NCBI GenBank assembly: GCA_902384585.1
Contig: CABMCJ010000004.1
Span: forward strand, 322,086 to 386,085
Length of the DNA stretch: 64,000 bases
Source of the DNA: Candidatus Anstonella stagnisolia
GTDB lineage: Archaea; Micrarchaeota; Micrarchaeia; Anstonellales; Anstonellaceae
Direction of reading: 5' to 3'
In this document: positions 1-8,127 of the stretch, in pieces
Position numbering within the stretch: position 1 is the first letter of the stretch
How the letters are laid out: every line of letters starts with the position of its first letter
The notes under the pieces: model-generated
Database searches by the model: none
Told to the model about the DNA's origin: nothing
The model's input: only the letters and a program-made list of their open reading frames with translations
Translations under genes and position numbers: made by a program

Positions 1-356
1 TGGCTGGAATCGCTGAAATCGCAGAGCCTGGAAAATGCGAGCGTGTTGTTCCGTATGAGCGCGCAGCTGAAGAGGCTTTTATTCGAGGAGGGGTGCACTG
101 TGACCTCCTTTATGCCAACCGAGGAGAAAAATGAGAGCTGCTCAAGCGCATTTTGTATGTGGAAGGGGGAAGCCTTGGAAAAATCGCATTTCCAGTGAAG
201 ATGGCCTTTTGAGGGAAAATCAGATAGTGCCGCTTCTAAAGCACGCCGCCCTATGCGCGCAACATCTGCGCCAGGAACATACGTTACTTCTACAAAATCA
301 AAGTTTTCTTTTGCAAATTCTATTTCGCATAGGAGGTTTTCAGACGCGGAAGGCAT
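1..356 (-). CDS. hypothetical protein, C-terminal part runs off the window edge (118 codons visible)
   Basis: Hand translation of the minus strand from ATG 356..354 stays open to position 1 (MPSASENLLCEIEFAKENFDFVEVTYVPGADV...IKEVTVHPSSNK). It is absent from the ORF track because it has no stop in the window. The overlapping + ORF 131..484 looks like a shadow frame. Alternative in-frame ATG at 371..369. Confidence 0.35.
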   Translation of the reverse strand, partial: MPSASENLLCEIEFAKENFDFVEVTYVPGADVARIGRRALEAALSDFPSKGHLHWKCDFSKASPFHIQNALEQLSFFSSVGIKEVTVHPSSNKSLFSCALIRNNTLAFSRLCDFSDSS

Positions 357-489
357 GTACCCGAACCGCATGTACATATTTGGGCATTTTGAGGTATATA
401 AGGGTTGGCGGAAAGGCGTATAAAGGGACTAAAATGGGAAGGATGTGGGGCAAAAATGCCTTAAAAAGGTTGCGAAAGGCATAAAAAGG

Positions 490-972
490 CTAGAATGGCA
501 CGAACTCCCAGCTGTCCTTTATCACGTTCAGTATAACGTGCGTGTTTGTGCGCTCTACAAGGGGCTCGTGAAGGATTTTCTTTATCATGCGCGAAAACTC
601 CGCGCGGCTTTTGCATGCGACTATTGCGACCGCGTCGTATTCGCCCGTAACGTCGTATATCGCAAGTATCTGGGGGAGCGCGCGGATTTTCTGCTCCACC
701 TCAAGTAGGTGCCCTTTTGAGATGCGTATGTCTATGAGGGCCATGAACTCGTAGCCGAGAGCAAGCAAATCCAGGTTCGTGCCGAAATTGAGGATTATTT
801 TCTCCCGCTGCAAATGCTCCACGCGCTTTATCACTGTTGCGGGGTGGAGTTTGAGGCGCTTTGCAATTTCGCGGAAAGACTGGCGGGAGTCCGAGCGCAA
901 TTGCGCGATTATCGCCGTGTCTATTTTGTCCAGCTCCCGTGACATTTGTTCACCTTTTTCAATGTTTTGCAT
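490..972 (-). CDS. Lrp/AsnC family transcriptional regulator
   Basis: 160 aa. N-terminal HTH (SFREIAKRLKLHPATVIKRVEHL) plus a C-terminal ligand-binding AsnC-type domain. Divergent from glnA. Confidence 0.85.
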   Translation of the reverse strand: MQNIEKGEQMSRELDKIDTAIIAQLRSDSRQSFREIAKRLKLHPATVIKRVEHLQREKIILNFGTNLDLLALGYEFMALIDIRISKGHLLEVEQKIRALPQILAIYDVTGEYDAVAIVACKSRAEFSRMIKKILHEPLVERTNTHVILNVIKDSWEFVPF

Positions 973-1088
973 GCTGTGTGTAGAAGTTTGTATAGTTTTT
1001 TGTGTTTTTTATGTATGAATGTATGGTATAACAACTAGTGGATATTTATATGTATCGCTGGCAAGCATGGGAATTGGAGGGGAATTAG

Positions 1089-1523
1089 ATGCTAGACCAA
1101 ATAAGCGAGGGGGAGAAACAAAGGGTGCTTGATGATGTTAAGGAGAAGGGGATACAGTTCATTGACCTGGAATTCGTGGACGTGCTTGGAAATCCCAAGA
1201 TGTGCGAGATAACGTCGAAGATGCTCGAGCACGCGCTTGAGGAGGGGCTGTGGTTTGACGGCTCTTCCATAGAGGGGTTTGCGAGGATATTTGAGAGCGA
1301 CATGTTCTTGGTGCCGGACACGAAGACGTATGCACCCCTGCCCTGGACGGGCGGGAAGGTCGCAAGGATAATATGCGACGTGCACCATGACGAGAAAACG
1401 GTTTTTGAGGGCGACCCGAGATATGTCCTGAAGAAACAATTGGAAAAGGCAAAAGAAATGGGATTTGAGCTCAAGGTCGGGCCTGAGCTTGAGTTTTTCG
1501 TATTCAAGGCGGGAAACGGGTGA
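1089..1523 (+). CDS. glnA: glutamine synthetase, N-terminal (beta-grasp) part, ending at an in-frame TGA
   Basis: MLDQISEGEKQRVLDDVKEKGIQFIDLEFVDVLG...GPELEFFVF is typical of the GS type I N-domain. It is in the same frame as ORF 1548..2444, and only the TGA at 1521..1523 separates them. Confidence 0.85.
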   Translation: MLDQISEGEKQRVLDDVKEKGIQFIDLEFVDVLGNPKMCEITSKMLEHALEEGLWFDGSSIEGFARIFESDMFLVPDTKTYAPLPWTGGKVARIICDVHHDEKTVFEGDPRYVLKKQLEKAKEMGFELKVGPELEFFVFKAGNG

Positions 1524-1547
1524 GGGATAGAGCCCCAGACCGCGGTT

Positions 1548-2444
1548 GTGCATGATGATGCGGGGTATTTTGACTTGGCGACCAAGGACATGGCAGTGGA
1601 CTTGAGAAGGGAAATCGTGCCTGCGCTTGAGGCAATGGGGCTGAAAATCGAGATGGGGCACCACGAGGTTGCGCCAGGGCAGCACGAGATTGATTTTAGG
1701 TACGGGGAGGCGCTCTCAATTGCGGACAGCGTGCTCACGTACAAGACGACTGTGAAAACATTGGCAAGAAAGTACGGGCTGCACGCATCCTTCATGCCAA
1801 AGCCGGTTTTCGGGATAAACGGCTCAGGGATGCACGTGCACCAGTCGCTTTGGAAAAACGGGGAAAATGCGTTCTACGATGCGAATGATGCATATTTGCT
1901 CTCGCAAACTGCGAGGCACTACATTGCGGGCATATTGCACCATGCAAGGGCATTGAGCGCAATTACAAACCCCACTGTGAACTCGTACAAGAGGCTTGTG
2001 CCTGGGTATGAGGCGCCGGTGTACGTGTGCTGGGGCAGGATAAACCGAAGCGCGCTCATAAGGATTCCAAGGGCGCTTGCAGGAAAGCCGGGCGGGACAA
2101 GGGCGGAAGTGCGCTTCCCTGACCCGTCTGCAAACCCGTACCTTGCGTTTGCCGCGATGCTTGCGGCAGGGCTGGACGGGATTGCGAAAAAAATGGAGCC
2201 GCCAAAGCCCATTGAGGAGAACGTGTACCATTTTGATGACAGGAAGCTTTCGGAAATGTACATAAAGACGCTGCCGGGCTCCCTAAAAGAGGCAATGGAC
2301 GAGCTTGCGAAGGATGAGGTCGTGAAGGGGGCGCTTGGGAAGCACGTATATGAGAGCCTTACTACAGTGCAGCAGGCGGACTGGGATGAATATAGGCTTT
2401 CAGTAAGTGACTGGGAGAAAAAGAGATACTTCCCTGTCCTGTAG
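1548..2444 (+). CDS. glnA: glutamine synthetase, catalytic part (reading frame continuous from 1524)
   Basis: GS motifs HHEVAPGQHEIDF, NGSGMHVHQSL, NSYKRLVPGYEAP and SALIRIP. Together with 1089..1523 it gives about 451 codons, the normal GS-I length. Confidence 0.9.
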   Translation: MHDDAGYFDLATKDMAVDLRREIVPALEAMGLKIEMGHHEVAPGQHEIDFRYGEALSIADSVLTYKTTVKTLARKYGLHASFMPKPVFGINGSGMHVHQSLWKNGENAFYDANDAYLLSQTARHYIAGILHHARALSAITNPTVNSYKRLVPGYEAPVYVCWGRINRSALIRIPRALAGKPGGTRAEVRFPDPSANPYLAFAAMLAAGLDGIAKKMEPPKPIEENVYHFDDRKLSEMYIKTLPGSLKEAMDELAKDEVVKGALGKHVYESLTTVQQADWDEYRLSVSDWEKKRYFPVL

Positions 2445-2471
2445 CGATGCAGGGGGGAGGGTCAGGATTAA

Positions 2472-2514
2472 ACCTAAAACTGGGGAGGGGGCTTGCCCCC
2501 TCCGCGGTTTAGGT
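2472..2514 (+). terminator. 19-bp GC-cored hairpin between the two glnA 3' copies (terminator-like)
   Basis: Hand fold: ACCUAAA-a-CUG-g-GGAGGGGGC-UU-GCCCCCUCC-g-CGG-UUUAGGU. It ends directly before ATG 2515. A role in termination is inferred from position only. Confidence 0.45.
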
Positions 2515-2664
2515 ATGGACGAGCTTGCGAAGGATGAGGTCGTGAAGGGGGCGCTTGGAAAGCACGTGTACGAGAGCTTGACTGCTGTACAACAAGCAGA
2601 CTGGGACGAATACCGGCTCTCTGTGAGCGACTGGGAGAAAAAGAGATATTTTCCAGTACTGTAG
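2515..2664 (+). pseudogene. orphan duplicate of the last 49 codons of glnA
   Basis: Collinear with 2295..2444, no indels, 22 nt differences. The encoded peptide is identical except T to A (MDELAKDEVVKGALGKHVYESLTAVQQADWDEYRLSVSDWEKKRYFPVL). Confidence 0.9.
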
Positions 2665-2689
2665 CGAACGAAAAAACAAGTAATTTAAA

Positions 2690-3892
2690 TTGCAAGGGAA
2701 TAAGGAATGCATGAGAAGCATGAATTCCCTTGCAGTTTTGCTTTCTTTTGCTATTTTATTTGCTTTGCTTTTTGGGTGCACAATGCCCTGGGAGCAGCCT
2801 GCGCCAACGCAGCCAACTGAGCAGCCTGCGCAGAACACAACGCAGGTGGAAAACCAAAGCAGCACGCCGGTTGTGAATGAGACGGTTGCGAACGAAACGC
2901 AGGAGCCGGGGATTGACTGGGGCGAAGTTGCGGGAAACGAAACGCAGGGGCAACTCCCTGTTGAAAATGTTACGCAGGAAAACAATGTTACCCTGCCACA
3001 AGAAAACGGAACAAACGCCACAGAGAATGGCACGATTGACCTGAAAACTCCCTTTAGCAGGCCCAAGGACTCGCACGACATCGCAAACGGGACTTTCGGG
3101 CTCGTGCAAACACCGGATGCGGCGCTCAACGTGTATTTCATAGACGTGGGCTTTGGGAACTCGGTGCTTGTGAACAAGGGCACGTTCAACATGCTTATTG
3201 ATGCCGGGCCGGCTTCGCAGGGGGGCAAAGTGGCGTCATTTGTAAGCGCGCACGGGATAAGCGGGCTTGACGTTGTTGTTGCAACGCACGATGATGTGAA
3301 CAGCATTGGCGGGATTCCGACAGTGCTCGCAAGCATCCCGACGCAGGAAGTGTGGACGAACAATGTGAGCTCCAACAGCACGCAGTACAATGCGCTTATG
3401 AATGCGATAAATTCCCAGGAGAGGCCCGTGAAATACCCTGTTGCAAAGCAAACGCTTTTTGTGAACGGGCTTAATATCTCCATAATGAACCCGCAAAAGG
3501 ACAAGTTGAGGGGAAGCTCGGAATCAGACGCGATAATAATGAGGCTTGAATACGGGGACTTCTGCATCGTGCTCCTTGACCCCACAGTGCATGAGATTGA
3601 GCCGGCGCTGCTTTCAAGTGGCGTTCCGGTCGGGAAATGCCAGGTCGTGCAATACTTTAACAGGGGCGAGGGAAGGGGCGGCATGGAAGGCTATTCCACG
3701 CTTGTGGAGGGGAACATGAACTCGCTTAAGGACGTTGTGATAAGCGTGGGCCCAAGCCAGTACGACTTGCCAAGCCCGACAACGCTGGACAGGTTTGAGA
3801 TACACGGATGGAACGTGTACCGCACGGACACGGGCGGGACAATTACGGTAAGTTCTGACGGGAAGAATTATACCATAAGCAAGGAGAAATAA
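2690..3892 (+). CDS. secreted/lipoprotein-like metallo-beta-lactamase-fold protein (ComEC C-terminal-domain-like), metal motif degenerate
   Basis: Signal/lipobox-like N-terminus (LLSFAILFALLFGC). Asn-rich NxT/S tract. MBL-like core VYFIDVGFGNSVLV...MLIDAGP...VVVATHDDVNSIGG. The start may be M8 or M11 of the ORF. Confidence 0.65.
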   Translation: MQGNKECMRSMNSLAVLLSFAILFALLFGCTMPWEQPAPTQPTEQPAQNTTQVENQSSTPVVNETVANETQEPGIDWGEVAGNETQGQLPVENVTQENNVTLPQENGTNATENGTIDLKTPFSRPKDSHDIANGTFGLVQTPDAALNVYFIDVGFGNSVLVNKGTFNMLIDAGPASQGGKVASFVSAHGISGLDVVVATHDDVNSIGGIPTVLASIPTQEVWTNNVSSNSTQYNALMNAINSQERPVKYPVAKQTLFVNGLNISIMNPQKDKLRGSSESDAIIMRLEYGDFCIVLLDPTVHEIEPALLSSGVPVGKCQVVQYFNRGEGRGGMEGYSTLVEGNMNSLKDVVISVGPSQYDLPSPTTLDRFEIHGWNVYRTDTGGTITVSSDGKNYTISKEK

Positions 3893-3907
3893 AAAGAAGA
3901 AGCAAGC

Positions 3908-6900
3908 CTAGTTTTCAGGGACTTTTTTTATTTTTGCGATGTTTGTTGCGGTTGTGAGCTGTATGCCCACTATTTTTGAGCCCTCGTCGGTTTTCATCAC
4001 GCCTAGCGCAATGTCGGAGGAGGAGAGGATTGCATCGTTGTGGCTCACCACTACGAACTGCGTGTTGGAGGAGAGCTGGCGAAGCAGCCCTGCGAGCTTG
4101 CGCGAATTCTCCTTGTCAAGGGCAGCATCCGCCTCGTCAAGTATGTAGAAGGGGGATGCCTTGTGCATCTGTATTGAGAATATGAAGAGGAGCGCAAGGA
4201 GCGACTTTTCCCCTCCGGACATGGAATCTATGTAGCGCTCGTGCAATGCATCGCGCACCTTTATCTGCAAGCCTGAGTTGAACGGGTCTGAGGGCTGCTC
4301 AAGCAGGAGCGAGCCTTCGCCCTTGAACACAAGGTTGAATAGCTTCTTGAAGTTTGCGGCTATGCCGTTGAAAGTGGAAAGGAAAATGTCGCGCTTCTTT
4401 GCATCTATCTCCTCTATCATGTGCAGCACTGCGGTCTTTTCGTCTGCAAGAAGGGCGAGCTTGGACTGCACTTCTGCAATGTCCTTTTTCTTTTCCTCGT
4501 AAAGTTCGGGCGCTTTCAGGTTCACTGCGCCAAGGGAAGTTATTTTCAGGTCGGATTCCTTTATGATGTCCTCAAGCTGCGCCTTGGGCGCATCCATGAG
4601 GGCGGGCGGGCTTGCGCCAAAGCTCTCAAGCTCAACCTTGTAGTCCGCAAGCTTGCTTTCAAGTATGGACTTCTTTGCCTCAAGGTCTGAGAGCTGGCGC
4701 GAAAGGGTATCTGAGGAAAACTGGAGCTTGCCGCGCTCTGCGGAAAAGCCGGAGAGCTCCTCTTCAAGGGACTTTAGCTGCGCAAAGAGCTTTTGCATTG
4801 AGGCGCTCAGGTGCGTGAGCTCTTCCTCCTTTTGGGATAAGAGCTTGGAATTTTTCTCGCTCTGTGCGGTGAGCTCCTCTGCCTGCTTTTTGGAAGAGGC
4901 TTGCTCGGAAAGAAGGCCCTTGCGCTCTGTTTCAAGCTCGCTGTCCTGCTCGCGAAGCAGGGAAAGCTCGCCCTCTTTTGTTTTTATGGAAGAATCAAGC
5001 TCTGAGCGGGTTTCAAGGAAGGAACGCAGCTCCTGTGCGTGCGCATCCTCCTGCTTTTGCTCGGTTTGCTCCTCTGTTGCGATGGAGGCGGAAATGGACT
5101 CGCGCTCCTGCTGCATCTTTTCTATCTGCGAGTTTAAGGAGAGAAGCTCCTTTTCCTTTTGGGAAATCTGCTGCCTTAGGGAATCCGAGCCTGTTTGGAC
5201 TGATGCAATCTTTTCCTTCATGGACTCTATGGACTTGCGCTGGGCTGCCATGCTGTCTATTTCAAGCTCTATGCCTTTTGACTTGAGCTCAAGCTCTGCC
5301 TTTTCCCTGCGCTTCTTTGAAATGCTCTCGCGTATGGAATAGAGTTCGCTGTATGCGCCCTCGCGCTCTTTTTTGAGGTCCTCTATGTCGGACTCAAGCT
5401 TTTGGAGCGCGCTCTTTGAGAGTATGCTGGACTTTGCGCTGCCGCCGGTTATTATGCCGGAGCGCTCAAGCAGCTCGCCATCAAGGGTGGACATGCGCGC
5501 TTTCCCTATGCCGACTTTCTTTGCGGACTCAACGTCCTTTACGAGGAGCGTGTCGCCAAACACGTAGGACATTGCAGAAAAATATTTGCGGTCGCAGGAA
5601 ACGTAGTCAAGAACGAGCCCAAGGGAGCTTGGGGACTTTGAGGCTGCATTGGATTCTGCGGAAATCGCGCTTTGGGGGCGGTCAAGGGGAATGAAAGTGC
5701 ACCTGCCTGCCTTTTGGGACTTGAGCCTCTCTATTGCGGCTGTTGCAACGTCAAGGGACTCCACTATCACGTAGGTGAGGCGGTTTCCCGCGCACGCCTC
5801 TATTGCGCGCGAGTATTCCGGCTCGAATTTTATGAGGTCTGCGACAGTGCCGTAAATGCCCTTTATGGAAGAGCGCATTTCAAGCACGGATGAGATTGCG
5901 GGATTTGTTGCGGATGCCGAGACGCTTGCGCGCAGTATCGCGTGCTTTTCCTTGAGCTCAAGCATGCGCCTGTCAAGGAGAGGGATGCTCTTGTTCAGGT
6001 CCTTTTCCTTTGAGAAGAATTTGTCTATTTCCTTTGCAAGCGAATCTATGTCGGAAGAGATGTTGCCCTTTTCCCCCTCGAGCTTTTCGTTTGAGAGTTT
6101 GGGAAGCGAAGAGGTAAGGGACTGTATTTCGGAAAGGCGCATTGTGAGCATTTCCTTGCTCTTTGAAATGTCCGAAGAAAGGGAGGCGCGGGATTCGCGG
6201 GACTGCTGCAAGGAAGATACAAGGGAATCGAGCTTGGAGCGTATTGTGGAAAGCTTGGAGCTCTCGGACTTTTGCTGCTCGCCTTCCAGGGAAGATATTT
6301 TTGCGTTGAGGTCCTTTAGCTGCGTTTTTAGTTTTGAGATTTCGCCTGAAAGCTGCTGCACCTTCTTTTTTTGCAAGTCTTTTTTTCCTGCAAGCTCCTT
6401 GAGGCGGGCGTCTATGCGCGTGAGGTCCTTTTTCCTCTCCGTAAGGGAGGCTGCTGCTGCGGAAATCTCCACCTTGAGCTGCTCTATTTGCTTAAGCGTG
6501 CCATCGCGGGCGTTTTGCGCGTTTGCCTTTGCGGAAAGCTCTGCGCGCCTTGCCTCAAGTGCAGTTACTTTTGAGTCCAGCGTTGAGAGGCCCTCTGCGA
6601 GCTTTTCGCGCTCTGCCTTTGCTGCAATGTATTTTTGGGAAACTTCTGTGTGCTGCCTGCTCTGGTGCTCATGCTCGCGCTTTACGATTGTGTAGCGCGC
6701 GCCCTTTCTTTTTTCCGTTGCATCGTTGTATGCAAGGGCTGCGTCGCGCTCCTTTTCAAGCTCGCCCAAATATGCAACACGCTCTGAGAGCACGATGTTG
6801 GAATCCGAGATTTTGCGCTCGACTTTCTCAAGCTCGTTCATTGCCTCTTTCTTTTTCTCCTCAAACTCGGAAATGCCTGCGACAGTGTCTATTATTTCGC

Positions 6901-7339
6901 GGCGCTCCTTTGCATTGAGCTCTATTATGTGCTGCACCTGCCCCTGCGCGATTATGTTGTGCGAGCCGACCTCAAGGGCAAGCGGGCGCAGCGCCTCGAG
7001 CACGGAAGTGCGCGTAGCGCGCTTTCCATTTATGCGGTAAATGCACTTGCCGTTTTTCCCATCGTCCTTTATTGCGCGCTTTAGCTCCATTTTCTTGTCG
7101 CCATCTATGTAAAGAGTCACTTCAGCGTGTTTTGAGGACGTGTTAATGAGTTCGGAAACTTTTTTTGCGCGAAGCGAGCGCAAGGCGCTCTCTCCCAGCG
7201 CAAAGCGTATTGCGTCCGTTACGTTGGATTTTCCTGAGCCGTTGGGGCCTGCGAGGCAGATGAAGCCCCTTGAGAGGGCAATATCGGCGTTTTTGAAAGA
7301 CTTGAAACCGCGCAATCGAATCCTTGAGAGAAATATCAT
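3908..7339 (-). CDS. smc: chromosome segregation ATPase SMC
   Basis: 1143 aa. Walker A GPNGSGKSN at the N-terminus, long coiled coils, a central hinge, and C-terminal LSGGEKSLLALLFIFS...YILDEADAALD. Confidence 0.93.
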   Translation of the reverse strand: MIFLSRIRLRGFKSFKNADIALSRGFICLAGPNGSGKSNVTDAIRFALGESALRSLRAKKVSELINTSSKHAEVTLYIDGDKKMELKRAIKDDGKNGKCIYRINGKRATRTSVLEALRPLALEVGSHNIIAQGQVQHIIELNAKERREIIDTVAGISEFEEKKKEAMNELEKVERKISDSNIVLSERVAYLGELEKERDAALAYNDATEKRKGARYTIVKREHEHQSRQHTEVSQKYIAAKAEREKLAEGLSTLDSKVTALEARRAELSAKANAQNARDGTLKQIEQLKVEISAAAASLTERKKDLTRIDARLKELAGKKDLQKKKVQQLSGEISKLKTQLKDLNAKISSLEGEQQKSESSKLSTIRSKLDSLVSSLQQSRESRASLSSDISKSKEMLTMRLSEIQSLTSSLPKLSNEKLEGEKGNISSDIDSLAKEIDKFFSKEKDLNKSIPLLDRRMLELKEKHAILRASVSASATNPAISSVLEMRSSIKGIYGTVADLIKFEPEYSRAIEACAGNRLTYVIVESLDVATAAIERLKSQKAGRCTFIPLDRPQSAISAESNAASKSPSSLGLVLDYVSCDRKYFSAMSYVFGDTLLVKDVESAKKVGIGKARMSTLDGELLERSGIITGGSAKSSILSKSALQKLESDIEDLKKEREGAYSELYSIRESISKKRREKAELELKSKGIELEIDSMAAQRKSIESMKEKIASVQTGSDSLRQQISQKEKELLSLNSQIEKMQQERESISASIATEEQTEQKQEDAHAQELRSFLETRSELDSSIKTKEGELSLLREQDSELETERKGLLSEQASSKKQAEELTAQSEKNSKLLSQKEEELTHLSASMQKLFAQLKSLEEELSGFSAERGKLQFSSDTLSRQLSDLEAKKSILESKLADYKVELESFGASPPALMDAPKAQLEDIIKESDLKITSLGAVNLKAPELYEEKKKDIAEVQSKLALLADEKTAVLHMIEEIDAKKRDIFLSTFNGIAANFKKLFNLVFKGEGSLLLEQPSDPFNSGLQIKVRDALHERYIDSMSGGEKSLLALLFIFSIQMHKASPFYILDEADAALDKENSRKLAGLLRQLSSNTQFVVVSHNDAILSSSDIALGVMKTDEGSKIVGIQLTTATNIAKIKKVPEN

Positions 7340-7497
7340 TGCTCAACCCTGCCGCTGTGTGCTGATCGCCAGACGCATTACGAGTAAAAGCATTAAAAGC
7401 GTTTGGGTGTTTGCAGCGACGATGGGACGGCATCGGGGCGTTTGAGTGCCTGTGGTAAAGTTATAAAGTTTGGCAAGCAAATAATGGCGGTGGTGGG

Positions 7498-8124
7498 ATG
7501 CAGAGAACCGATAATTCTAATCTACGAAAAGCTATTGTAAGGGAAGCCTTTAAGCCGGAGCACAGCGTAGGAAATGCGATTTTTTCATTAAAACAACTGA
7601 GGCATCCGGAGAATGCGATTAGGGCGCTGGGAGTGAGGGGGCGCAGGCTGGAATGGGAAGCCGAGCGGGAGCACAGGGAAACATTGAATCACATTGATGA
7701 GATTGCGGAAAAACACAATGAGATTTTTGATCTTTTGATTCAGAAAATAATTACAGATGGCTCACATGGAGCAAGAATAGACCAGTTGCGCAAAGCTGCG
7801 GATTCCCTAAGCATGGCAGAGAGGATAAGTGGCGCGGCTGGGATTGCTTCTTCTGGGTTGCATTCGAATGCAGAAGTCAGGATTGCGGCCAAAATAACAA
7901 CGGGCAGTTATGATTTGAAGCAAAGAAGCAATGAGTTCAGCAAGTTGGGTGACGAGGTATCCAGCATTATGCACGGCGTAAGGGAACTGGGCCACGGCGG
8001 GTTTTTGATAAACAGGGTAGGAGATTTGATTTCAGGCAGGATGGGCCCGCGCAAATTCCTAAGTGAAGTAAAGGAAGAGCTATTTGACTGGGGGCGCGAC
8101 ATCAGGTTAAGTTTAAGAGACTGA
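7498..8124 (+). CDS. hypothetical protein
   Basis: 208-aa ORF filling an otherwise empty interval. No motif recognised. Confidence 0.45.
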   Translation: MQRTDNSNLRKAIVREAFKPEHSVGNAIFSLKQLRHPENAIRALGVRGRRLEWEAEREHRETLNHIDEIAEKHNEIFDLLIQKIITDGSHGARIDQLRKAADSLSMAERISGAAGIASSGLHSNAEVRIAAKITTGSYDLKQRSNEFSKLGDEVSSIMHGVRELGHGGFLINRVGDLISGRMGPRKFLSEVKEELFDWGRDIRLSLRD

Positions 8125-8127
8125 GAA

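Noticed and set aside
1521-1523. Global reassignment of TGA (to Trp or Gly) as the explanation for the in-frame TGA in glnA.
   Set aside because: TGA terminates well-supported genes in the same window at their expected ends: atpB (22394), the FtsX-like permease (10895), GT2 (17197) and the beta-CASP nuclease (9872).
2445-2514. Selenocysteine insertion at the glnA TGA, with the 3' hairpin acting as an archaeal SECIS.
   Set aside because: The TGA lies in a variable surface loop, not at a redox site. The hairpin lacks any feature I can identify as the conserved SECIS internal loop. No Sec machinery is visible. It cannot be excluded formally without a genome-wide search.
2295-2667. Diversity-generating retroelement (template/variable repeat pair).
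   Set aside because: The differences between the copies are not adenine-specific, they are almost all synonymous, and there is no reverse transcriptase nearby.
4653-6695. Long + strand ORFs inside smc (4653..5342, 5856..6695 and others). Similar antisense ORFs lie opposite rad50 (36403..37128), the MBL protein (2509..3684), glnA (1085..1795), the 16288 gene (16224..17081) and the Cys-repeat gene (55690..56382).
   Set aside because: They overlap genes with clear family motifs on the other strand. Their products are Ser/Cys/Phe-rich low-complexity strings with no motifs. They are the expected shadow frames of GAG/GAA/AAG-rich coding sequence.
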